Assembly (NCBI GenBank): GCA_964488685.1
Contig: CAZAVY010000002.1
Span: 9,716-73,715 of the forward strand
Length of the DNA: 64,000 nt
Source of the DNA: an uncultured Gammaproteobacteria bacterium
Lineage (GTDB): Bacteria; Pseudomonadota; Gammaproteobacteria; GCA-001735895
Direction: 5' to 3'
The position numbers and the translations under genes are program-made. This document shows, one piece after another, positions 35,276-43,829 of this stretch. Numbering within the stretch: position 1 is the stretch's first letter; each line of letters opens with the position of its first letter. A model generated the notes under the pieces. The model worked only from the letters and a program-made list of their open reading frames with translations. It searched no databases and was not told the DNA's origin.

Positions 35276-35857
35276 TTAAAGCAATTCCCTGACCGGCCTG
35301 AAACTGCGCCGGTGAACCGGGGATACGCCATACTTCCGCAGTAGTTTGCGATGCAACTCGGTTGGATATCCCTTGTGCCGGGCAAACTGATACTCGGGAT
35401 AAAGATGGTCGAGTTCGAGCATTTGCCGGTCTCGATGCTGTTTGGCCAGTATCGATGCAGCCGAAATACAGGGTTGGTAAAGATCACCTCTGATTATCGC
35501 GCGCATCTGGTAGCCCTCCATATCGGGCAGGCGATTGCCATCGATGAGCAATTGCTGGGGTTTCAGGTTTAATCCCTGTACCGCGCGCTTCATCGCCAGC
35601 AAACTGGCTTCAAGGATATTAATTTCATCGACTTCATGGTGGCTGGACTCGGCGACTGACCAGGCCCTGGCGCTTTGTTTTATTTCCTGCTCTAGCGCTT
35701 CGCGACGTGAAGCCGAGAGTTTCTTGGAGTCGGTTAAGCCGATTATCGGCATATTCGGATCCAGAATAACGGCAGCGGCGACGACCGAACCCGCCAACGG
35801 TCCGCGTCCTGCCTCGTCCACACCGGCAACAAGCTTCGCAATTGGTATTTCATCCAT
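35276..35857 (-). CDS. rnhB: Ribonuclease HII
   Basis: [22 protein letters not shown] catalytic motif. rnhB-dnaE order. Confidence 0.9.
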   Translation of the reverse strand: MDEIPIAKLVAGVDEAGRGPLAGSVVAAAVILDPNMPIIGLTDSKKLSASRREALEQEIKQSARAWSVAESSHHEVDEINILEASLLAMKRAVQGLNLKPQQLLIDGNRLPDMEGYQMRAIIRGDLYQPCISAASILAKQHRDRQMLELDHLYPEYQFARHKGYPTELHRKLLRKYGVSPVHRRSFRPVRELL

Positions 35858-35906
35858 ATATAATTCGCCGTTTGAAAATCACCCTTTCCACTACGTTTCA
35901 AAACCT

Positions 35907-36848
35907 ATGTCTCAATTACTTAGAGTTGCCGTTATAGGTGTTGGTCACCTCGGCAAATGGCATGCAGACAAGTACGCCGCCGCCAATTGCGAGCTGATTG
36001 CCGTGGTGGATACCAATATCGATAGCGCGCGTGAAATCGCACAAAAACATGATGTCGACGCTTACTCCGATTACCGCGAGGTAATTCCGCTGGTCGATGC
36101 GATCAGCCTGGCGGTACCCACCAGCCAGCATTATAAAATCGCGCGGGAGTTTCTGGAAGCGGGAATTCACTGTTTGGTCGAAAAACCTGTCACTGAAACA
36201 GTGGCAGACGCAGAAACGCTGATCCGGATAGCAAGTGACAAGGGCCTGGTATTACAGGTCGGCCATATCGAACGCTTCAATAGCGTGATGATCGGTATCG
36301 AAGATCACCTGTTTAAACCCCAGTTCCTGGAATCGACGCGCCTGGCACCATTTAGCACGCGCGCCACCGATGTCAGTGTAATACTGGATTTGATGATTCA
36401 CGATATAGATATCATTCTTGACCTTATCCGCAGCCCGATTAAACGTATTTCAGCGAGCGGTATATCGGTGTTATCGGAAACCATCGATATTGCCAATGCA
36501 CGTATTGAATTCGAGAATCACTGCGTTGCCAATGTCACCGCCAGTCGCATCAGCCGCAAACGCGAACGCAAACTGCGGATTTTCCAGAAAGATGCTTACC
36601 TGTCTGCGGATTTTCAGGAAAGGCTGCTCGCGGTAAACCGTAAAGGTGAAACCGATAACGCGGAAGGTTTCAGGGATATCACCCATGAAGAGCTGCGTTT
36701 CCAGGATAACGATGCTCTCAAGCTGGAGATCCTTGATTTTATCAAGGCGATTAAAACCGGCACCCGCCCGACGGTTAGCGGCGAAGACGGCAAGCGTGCA
36801 CTCGAAACCGCAATTGCGATCACTACACAAATTACAGGGTCTTTATGA
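35907..36848 (+). CDS. gnnA: Gfo/Idh/MocA-family NAD-dependent oxidoreductase, GnnA-like (UDP-GlcNAc 3-dehydrogenase)
   Basis: LRVAVIGVGHLGKWH Rossmann motif and the EKP motif. Sits immediately upstream of a DegT aminotransferase gene and lpxB. The start is taken at MSQLL. The track ORF from 35535 overlaps rnhB. Confidence 0.7.
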   Translation: MSQLLRVAVIGVGHLGKWHADKYAAANCELIAVVDTNIDSAREIAQKHDVDAYSDYREVIPLVDAISLAVPTSQHYKIAREFLEAGIHCLVEKPVTETVADAETLIRIASDKGLVLQVGHIERFNSVMIGIEDHLFKPQFLESTRLAPFSTRATDVSVILDLMIHDIDIILDLIRSPIKRISASGISVLSETIDIANARIEFENHCVANVTASRISRKRERKLRIFQKDAYLSADFQERLLAVNRKGETDNAEGFRDITHEELRFQDNDALKLEILDFIKAIKTGTRPTVSGEDGKRALETAIAITTQITGSL

Positions 36849-37936
36849 ACAACATACCCATGGTTGACCTGAAGCGTCAGTATGAATCACTAAAAGATGA
36901 AATCGACAACGCCGTCCTGCAATCGCTCTCGGAAACGCGTTTCATTCTCGGCCCCAACGTACAGGCCTTTGACCAGGAAGCGGCCGAGTATCTGGGCGCA
37001 AAACACGCGATAAGTTGCGCCTCGGGCACCGATGCCCTGCACCTGGGATTGCTGGCTGCGGGTATCAAGCCGGGTGATGAAATCATCACCAGCGCATTTA
37101 CCTTTATCGCAACCGGCGAGGCAATCCACTACGCCGGGGCGACAGCCGTTTTCGTCGACATCCAGCCTGACAGCATGAATCTCGATCCGGCACTGATCCG
37201 CGCCTCGATAACCGATAAAACCCGGGCCATACTGCCGGTACATCTGTTTGGACAGCCGGCTGACATGAGCCAGATCCAGGCAATTGCGGATGAATTCAAT
37301 CTGCTCGTCATCGAAGACTGTGCACAATCATTTGGCAGCGCCTACCAGGGCAAGAACACCGGTACCCTGGGTGTAGTCGGTGCGTTCAGTTTTTTCCCGA
37401 GCAAAAATCTGGGCTGTTTCGGTGACGGTGGAATGATTACCACCAATGATGACGAAGTTGCGAGTCAGATTAAACTGTTACGCAATCATGGCAGCAGTCG
37501 GCAATATCACCATGATGTCATCGGTTTTAACAGCCGCCTCGACGAAATTCAGGCAGTTATCTTACGCATCAAGCTCAGGAAAATTGATGCATACAATCGT
37601 AATCGTCTCGAAATTGCCAAAGCCTATAACCACCGACTGGCAGAGAGTCGATTTAAGACACCGACCATAACCGATGACCGCGACCACATCTTTCACCAGT
37701 ACACGGTTTTGTGTGACGATCGCGATAGCGTGCGGGAACATGTCATGGCCCAAGGTATTGCCTGTGCTGTTTATTATCCGATTCCGTTGCACCAGCAAAA
37801 AGCCTTTGCCGATACGGTACAACCGACATTGCCGATTACTGAAACCACTTCAGGCCGTTGCCTGTCGTTTCCAATTTTTCCGGAAATGACCGAACAACAA
37901 GTGGAAACCGTATGCGAGGCCATACTGAGCAGCTGA
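36845..37936 (+). CDS. gnnB: DegT/DnrJ/EryC1/StrS-family PLP aminotransferase, GnnB-like (UDP-3-keto-GlcNAc transaminase)
   Basis: Sugar-aminotransferase fold throughout. Overlapping start/stop codons with gnnA and lpxB indicate one operon. Confidence 0.7.
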   Translation: MNNIPMVDLKRQYESLKDEIDNAVLQSLSETRFILGPNVQAFDQEAAEYLGAKHAISCASGTDALHLGLLAAGIKPGDEIITSAFTFIATGEAIHYAGATAVFVDIQPDSMNLDPALIRASITDKTRAILPVHLFGQPADMSQIQAIADEFNLLVIEDCAQSFGSAYQGKNTGTLGVVGAFSFFPSKNLGCFGDGGMITTNDDEVASQIKLLRNHGSSRQYHHDVIGFNSRLDEIQAVILRIKLRKIDAYNRNRLEIAKAYNHRLAESRFKTPTITDDRDHIFHQYTVLCDDRDSVREHVMAQGIACAVYYPIPLHQQKAFADTVQPTLPITETTSGRCLSFPIFPEMTEQQVETVCEAILSS

Positions 37937-39099
37937 TGAAGCCGGCACATGTCATGATCCTTGCCGGTGAAGCCTCCGGCGATGCGCACGCTGCCGAATT
38001 TGTAGAACAATTGCAGTTTGAACACCCTGATATCCATCTGAGCGGTATCGGCGGTGATGCGATGAAAAAAGCTGGAGTCGAAATTTTCTTCGACTCATCA
38101 ATTATTGCAGTAGTCGGCCTGATCGAGGTGCTGCGCCATTGGGGAGACATAAAAAAAGCAATGGAACTGGTTAAAGCCCGGCTCGTTGAAACTCGACCTG
38201 ACCTGCTGGTGCTGGTCGATTACCCGGAATTCAATCTGAGGATGGCGCGTTGTGCCGGTGAGCTCGGAATCAAGGTATTGTTTTATATCAGCCCCCAGGT
38301 ATGGGCCTGGCGGCCGAAACGCATTCATAAAATCGGCCGGCTTATCGACCACATGGCGGTAATATTCAAGTTTGAGACACGATACTATGAGAATGCGAAT
38401 ATACCGGTCAGTTTCGTGGGGCATCCACTGGTAGACAGGGTAAAGCCCGCAATGGAAACTCATAGGTTTCGCGCGAATCTGGGGATACCGCAGGGGGCGC
38501 GAGTGATCGGTTTGTTCCCGGGCAGTCGCCAAAGTGAAATCACGCGTCTGTTACCGTTGATGCTTGCCACCGCTAAACGCATGCGGGATCGGGAACCGGA
38601 TTTAAAATTTGTATTACCGGTCGCTTCCAGTTTGAACTATGACGTGATTTCGATTCCAGTCGATAACAGCGGTCTCGATATTATCGTTTGCAATGATCAA
38701 ATATATGACGTGATTTCCTGCTGCGATGCCATTGCCACCTGTTCGGGCACGGTTACCCTGGAAATTGCACTGCTTAACGTACCCATGTGTATCCTCTATA
38801 AGCTGTCCTGGTTTTCTTATCTGATCATGAGTCGTTTGATAACGATTCCCTGTATCGGCCTGGCTAATATCGTCGCCGAAAAACCCGTGGTTCGTGAATT
38901 TTTACAACAGGATGCGAGTCCTGATACGGTAAGCCGGGAGCTATTTGAGCTAATTGACAATCGGCAGTACCGCCATCAGGTCAAAACCGATCTTCAGCGA
39001 GTCCGCGAAAACCTGGGGGCCGGTGATGGCGCTAAAATCATGGCGAAGCTGGTTTTCTCAATGCTAAATAATTTAACAAGGCGGAGGGATAATGGGTAA
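37936..39099 (+). CDS. lpxB: Lipid-A-disaccharide synthase
   Basis: ILAGEASGDAHAAEFVEQL and PQVWAWR motifs. The start is taken at MKPAHV, where ATGA overlaps the gnnB stop. Confidence 0.9.
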   Translation: MKPAHVMILAGEASGDAHAAEFVEQLQFEHPDIHLSGIGGDAMKKAGVEIFFDSSIIAVVGLIEVLRHWGDIKKAMELVKARLVETRPDLLVLVDYPEFNLRMARCAGELGIKVLFYISPQVWAWRPKRIHKIGRLIDHMAVIFKFETRYYENANIPVSFVGHPLVDRVKPAMETHRFRANLGIPQGARVIGLFPGSRQSEITRLLPLMLATAKRMRDREPDLKFVLPVASSLNYDVISIPVDNSGLDIIVCNDQIYDVISCCDAIATCSGTVTLEIALLNVPMCILYKLSWFSYLIMSRLITIPCIGLANIVAEKPVVREFLQQDASPDTVSRELFELIDNRQYRHQVKTDLQRVRENLGAGDGAKIMAKLVFSMLNNLTRRRDNG

Positions 39100-39124
39100 T
39101 CGCGAACATTCCGAAGGCATAACC

Positions 39125-39753
39125 ATGAGCGGTGGTGGCCTCTATATCACTGGCCACTATCAGCGCAAAACACGTGATCGATGCGGCCACACCGATGGTT
39201 GTCGAGGCGATTAACAGCCTGGCGTATGAATCGATAGCAGCAGGCTTTACTTTTTCCGATATGGGGACCGCCGACGCCGGGACTTCGCTATCCATGGTTT
39301 CCGCCGCAATCGACGCTGTCGTTGCCCGCGCCCCACAGTCACCAATTATAATCGTGTACTCCGACCAACCCCGGAATGATTTCAATGCCCTGATTGCCAA
39401 CGTCTATGGTCTTGGACCTTTCGAGACTTATCTGGAAAATCGAAACAATGTATATCCGCTGGTTTCAGGCAGCACTTTTTACAAGCAGATTGTCCCCGAC
39501 GGAACCCTGGACGCAGGGTTTTCGGTAACCGCAATGCATTGGTTAAGCACCAAGGTTTGCAATATCTCCAACCATGTGCAGGCTGTTGGTGTCGAAGCGG
39601 AGGAACTCGATGCCTTCCGTGACCAGGCTCACCGGGACTGGCGTCGGATTGTTTAACGCCCTCTCGGCGTATCGCCCGCTCGAACAGCGCCGTCAGATTA
39701 TCGAAGACCATTGCGGTACCTATCGGGACAGGAATTTCGGATGATTTCCGGGG
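39125..39753 (+). pseudogene. Decayed SAM-dependent carboxyl methyltransferase (SABATH-family homolog): frameshift near the N-terminus and C-terminal ~40% missing
   Basis: MSGGGLY in one frame (39125), then the remainder in another frame (39132..39656). That remainder has SDMGTADAGTS, YSDQPRNDFNALI and FSVTAMHWLS motifs and ends about 150 aa early. Only 97 nt remain before the next gene. Confidence 0.5.
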
Positions 39754-40791
39754 TCAGGATTCGACCGGGAAACCGGCCTTTTTCCAGTCCGGCATGCCGC
39801 TATGACTGACGCAGACGATATGATTCAGCCCCTGGAAATTTAAATTGGTGGTCGATGTCTGGGCACGTCGTCCGGAACGGCAATATAGATACAAGCGCTC
39901 AATTTGCTTTAGTTCGTCGACATGCGCATTCTCGGTTCCCATCGGAATGTTATGGCTGCCCGGTACGTGCCCACGCGCAAATTCCTCGGGCGTTCGATTG
40001 TCGATGATCCAGGCATTATCCGGTAGATCCTGCCATTCACGGTACAGGTCCTTCATATCAAAGTCGCGCAACAGGTAGCGATTGGCATCGAAGTTAATAC
40101 CGACACTCATATTTGCAGGAACCGCCTCGTTGATCCTTTTCGGCATATCGAGGTTTAGATTATTCATCAATTCGATGAATTCCTGTCGGGGTCGATTGGC
40201 ACCCAGCCGTGGATTCCATGCCTTTTCTTCACCAATTGTAGAGCTGGTGCGTCCATTGTAATCATGCCCGGGATAAACGATGGTGTCATCACTGAGAACA
40301 AATAGTTTCTGCGTGATGTTGTCGTACAGCATACCCGGGTCACCCGATTGAAAATCGGTGCGACCGCAGCCGCGAATAAGCAAAGTATCCCCGCTAAACA
40401 GCATACCGTCACAGAAATAGCTGGTACAGCCATTGGTATGACCAGGGGTCGATATCGCCGCTATCCGGTAGTGCCCAAGCATCAGGCTGTCGCCATCCTT
40501 CATCGGTATATCGATCGCCTCGATACCCGAAATTTCACCGTAGACCAGCTTGGCACCGGTATTCTCGCGTATTTTTCCAGCCGCCGTGATATGGTCGGCG
40601 TGCGCATGAGTTTCGATCGCATACAGCAATTCCACGCCGAGTTCATTGATAATTTGCATATCACGTTCAAAAGTTTCGAACACCGAGTCGATGATGGCGC
40701 CTTCACCCGTTTCGGTATCGATTAACAGGTAGCTGTAGGTGCAACTTTCACGGTCGAACAACTGTTTCACAGTAAGATGGGGGGTAGTCAT
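39754..40791 (-). CDS. Persulfide dioxygenase (MBL fold, ETHE1-like) fused to a C-terminal rhodanese domain (Blh/CstB-like)
   Basis: HAHADH metal motif, then a C-terminal rhodanese region with active-site CRSGRR. Confidence 0.8.
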   Translation of the reverse strand: MTTPHLTVKQLFDRESCTYSYLLIDTETGEGAIIDSVFETFERDMQIINELGVELLYAIETHAHADHITAAGKIRENTGAKLVYGEISGIEAIDIPMKDGDSLMLGHYRIAAISTPGHTNGCTSYFCDGMLFSGDTLLIRGCGRTDFQSGDPGMLYDNITQKLFVLSDDTIVYPGHDYNGRTSSTIGEEKAWNPRLGANRPRQEFIELMNNLNLDMPKRINEAVPANMSVGINFDANRYLLRDFDMKDLYREWQDLPDNAWIIDNRTPEEFARGHVPGSHNIPMGTENAHVDELKQIERLYLYCRSGRRAQTSTTNLNFQGLNHIVCVSHSGMPDWKKAGFPVES

Positions 40792-40842
40792 TTTAATTTT
40801 GCTCCCGGCTGGAACCCGGTAGTGTATTTATTACGGTAAAAT

Positions 40843-41493
40843 ATGGCAATTGGCAATTATTCGGATATTATTTCCGTGATGAATCCAGATGATTTTATCG
40901 GCCGGCTATCAATCGAATCTGACGCGGTCGCTTTCTTGATTATTGGTATTGCAATCCTGATAATTTTGCTTGTAAACCGAAAACCGTTAAAAGCACATAT
41001 CCTGGAATGGCGAAGTCAGCGCAGCCTGAAACAAATCGGTTGCGAGCAGATTCGCAACCTGGTCTGTTCGGACGGGCTCGATGGTTACCATACAATCGAC
41101 CGGTTAGCCCTGACTCAGGATTCGATTCTGTTGATTTCGTATAAACCTTACAGCGGTAATATCTACTGCGCCGAAGGTATTTCTGAATGGATACAGGTAG
41201 TCGGACAAAAGAGTTTCAAATTTACAAATCCGCTGTTCGAACTGGAAAATCAGCTGACGTCACTCAAGCTTTTGATTATCGATGCGCCGTTACATGGATA
41301 CCTGTTTTTCAATCGTAACGCTGAATTTCCAAAGGGTCATCCGGACCGGGTATTGCAGCCCGGGAAGCTCCCCAACCGCTTTATCGCGGTGATTTCCGAT
41401 ACGGTAAATCCGCAAATCCGGGCTGCCTGGGAATTATTGAAAGCGCACCAGAAACAGGCTGCGTCGAGCGCTCATCGAGGTGCTAAAACTTGA
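40843..41493 (+). CDS. NERD (nuclease-related domain) protein with N-terminal TM anchor
   Basis: Hydrophobic helix AVAFLIIGIAILIILLV followed by a NERD-like core (IDRLALTQDSILLISYKPYSGNIYC...FTNPLFELENQL). Confidence 0.65.
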   Translation: MAIGNYSDIISVMNPDDFIGRLSIESDAVAFLIIGIAILIILLVNRKPLKAHILEWRSQRSLKQIGCEQIRNLVCSDGLDGYHTIDRLALTQDSILLISYKPYSGNIYCAEGISEWIQVVGQKSFKFTNPLFELENQLTSLKLLIIDAPLHGYLFFNRNAEFPKGHPDRVLQPGKLPNRFIAVISDTVNPQIRAAWELLKAHQKQAASSAHRGAKT

Positions 41494-41734
41494 TATTCGG
41501 CGGCAGAAGGCACGATTGGACGACAGCTACGGTATGATTGTCACCCTGCGTAAAATGATTTCCGAGACCGCGGCACTGCGGGCCTTGCAAGGTCGTTTTG
41601 ATCCATTGATCACGCTAATTCAACAGCAATCAAGCGACGAGGCTCTCTAGGCGGTCAAAGCACTGGGGCGCGATCTCGACAAGCTGACCGAAACACATCG
41701 TATTAATTCAAAGCTTTCCAAGGCCAGGCGCGCT

Positions 41735-41980
41735 TTGGGTGGGTCCACGCCTGACAAAGTGCATGCCATCGAGCAGATAAATCTAGCGGACGAGATCATG
41801 CAGGCTGATATCGTATGGCATCAACGCGCAACTGACGTACTGGCCACTGACCTGGAACAATACGACAATGCCATTGTCGGCACTATCGGGATGCGCATGC
41901 AGGAACGCCTGTCTCCGGAACAGGCGGAATCGATCGCGAGCTGTCTTGCGGTTCACAAAGACCTTTCCCTTCACTTTTAA
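41735..41980 (+). CDS. Hypothetical protein, possibly the distal part of a longer gene interrupted by an in-frame TAG at 41648..41650
   Basis: Open frame with helical, charged composition. The same frame is open from 41441 to the TAG. No recognisable family. Confidence 0.25.
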   Translation: MGGSTPDKVHAIEQINLADEIMQADIVWHQRATDVLATDLEQYDNAIVGTIGMRMQERLSPEQAESIASCLAVHKDLSLHF

Positions 41981-42030
41981 ATCTTATGAACCCGGCGACG
42001 ATGTTTTGTAAAAAGCGGGTAATCTGAAGG

Positions 42031-42492
42031 TTACCAAATTTTAAGACCTTCTACTTTGTCTCCCGGTTTAATATCGTGATTGCCATCGCTTAACTCGAGT
42101 ATATAACGTGATGGTAGCGGTGCTGCAAACACCGGGCATGGTGAAGTCTCGCAGGGGACCAGGCGTTGTACGCTAAGCACGGTATAGCTGTCGTCTATCC
42201 ACAGTACTCGTAAAGGAATCAGCATGTTCTTCATCCACACCCGGTGATCACCCGAGCGCGGGTATACCAGCAACATACCTTTGTCGGCGGCCAGCCGTTG
42301 GCGATACATCAAACCCTTACGACGTTGGCTTGGTGTCATCGCGAGTTCGACCTGGTAAATTGATTGGCGCAGTTTAATCTCTATCGTCGCTGTCGAACCG
42401 GATCCACCAGCCCCTGAAACCGGCATCAGCATCAATATCAATACCAGCAGGCTGCTGCCGATGCTCTTCAAAAGTGACATATTTACAGGCAC
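42031..42492 (-). CDS. DUF192-family secreted protein
   Basis: Signal peptide followed by DUF192-like motifs (MLLVYP...MKNMLIPLRVLWIDD...PCETSPC). Confidence 0.65.
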   Translation of the reverse strand: MPVNMSLLKSIGSSLLVLILMLMPVSGAGGSGSTATIEIKLRQSIYQVELAMTPSQRRKGLMYRQRLAADKGMLLVYPRSGDHRVWMKNMLIPLRVLWIDDSYTVLSVQRLVPCETSPCPVFAAPLPSRYILELSDGNHDIKPGDKVEGLKIW

Positions 42493-42665
42493 CAGAATTG
42501 TTTTCCCCGATTTGATAGACAGGTCACATAAAAAGTTGATTTTATTACCTAAACCTACTATATAACCCGTCCGAGAATAATGTGATTAATAATAATAACA
42601 CTGAACAAAGCGACACAAACCATTGATATTGTTATTATGGCCGGTCCTGCCAGAATCAATATGGG

Positions 42666-43808
42666 GTGAGAGGATTGATTTCGAGCACAGATAATAAAAC
42701 CGATATCCCAAAGGGTTCAAATATCGAACCATACGAAAACGCCCGCCGACTGAGCATTCTCAGGCGGCAGCGAAAGGTATTGATCGTTGACGATGAATCT
42801 ACAGGGCGGACGATTCTGTCCAAGATAATTCAGCAGGCCGAAGAAGATGTGAGTGTCGATGCGTTCGATAATCCACTCGAAGCATTACATTGGTTAGACC
42901 AAAACCACCCTGACCTGATCATCACCGACTACCGCATGCCGGATATAAATGGCGTCGAGTTGATCAGGCAAATTCGTGCCAAACCGGCCTGCCAGGATAT
43001 ACCGATCATGATGATTACCGTGGTGAGCGAAAAATCAGTGCGTTACGATGCGCTGGAAGCCGGCGCTACCGCATTCCTGACCCGACCCATCGACCAGATC
43101 GAATGTCGTACCAGTTGCCGTAACCTGCTCAAGCTGCATGAGCAGCAATCCATTATCCAGGATCGGGCCGACTGGTTGGCGCGGCAGGTAGAGGTCGCCA
43201 CCCAGCAAATCATATCCCGCGAACATGAAACCTTGCTACGCCTGGCGAAAGCCGGCGAGTATCGCGACGAAGTCACAGGCAATCATGTCGTGCGCATGGC
43301 GAAATACTCACGTGAAATAGCCGAAGCCCTGGGACTGAGTGAAAAGGAATGCGACGAAATCGAGTATGCCGCACCCATGCATGACATCGGTAAAATCGGA
43401 ATCCAGGATAAAATACTGCTAAAACCCGGCAAATTCGAACAAGACGAATGGATGACGATGCAACAACATACGATTATCGGTCATTCAATCCTGTCCAACA
43501 GTCAATCCCGATATATACAAACCGGATCGATAATTGCCCTTAATCATCATGAACGATTTGACGGCAGCGGCTATCCCAACGGTATTTCCGGTAAGGATAT
43601 TCCGTTAGTGGCTCGAATCGTTACCGTGGCCGATGTCTATGACGCACTGGTTTCCACGAGACCTTACAAACGCGCCTGGGAGGCACAGGATGCGCAGGAT
43701 TATTTGCACAAACACGCTGGGGCTCAATTCGATCCCATTTGCGTAGAAGCATTTTTCGAGCGTATAAACAACATTACCAATATCCATAAAACATTCAACG
43801 ACGGTTAA
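42666..43808 (+). CDS. rpfG: Two-component response regulator with HD-GYP c-di-GMP phosphodiesterase domain (RpfG-like)
   Basis: REC domain (VLIVDDE...LIITDYRMPDINGVEL) followed by HD-GYP (MHDIGKIG...HHERFDGSGYPNG). Confidence 0.8.
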   Translation: MRGLISSTDNKTDIPKGSNIEPYENARRLSILRRQRKVLIVDDESTGRTILSKIIQQAEEDVSVDAFDNPLEALHWLDQNHPDLIITDYRMPDINGVELIRQIRAKPACQDIPIMMITVVSEKSVRYDALEAGATAFLTRPIDQIECRTSCRNLLKLHEQQSIIQDRADWLARQVEVATQQIISREHETLLRLAKAGEYRDEVTGNHVVRMAKYSREIAEALGLSEKECDEIEYAAPMHDIGKIGIQDKILLKPGKFEQDEWMTMQQHTIIGHSILSNSQSRYIQTGSIIALNHHERFDGSGYPNGISGKDIPLVARIVTVADVYDALVSTRPYKRAWEAQDAQDYLHKHAGAQFDPICVEAFFERINNITNIHKTFNDG

Positions 43809-43829
43809 CCGCCGGCGCTGCAGCCTCGA

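Noticed and set aside
35535-35906. Upstream extension of the gnnA ORF (track start 35535) and of dnaE (track start 35487).
   Set aside because: The extensions overlap rnhB on the opposite strand and lack homology. Conserved N-termini and Shine-Dalgarno-compatible ATGs occur at 35907 (gnnA) and 35274 (dnaE).
39382-39711. 109-aa minus-strand ORF overlapping the SABATH methyltransferase remnant.
   Set aside because: The Arg/Pro/Cys-rich translation has no motifs. The plus-strand frame carries clear family signatures, so this is treated as a shadow ORF.
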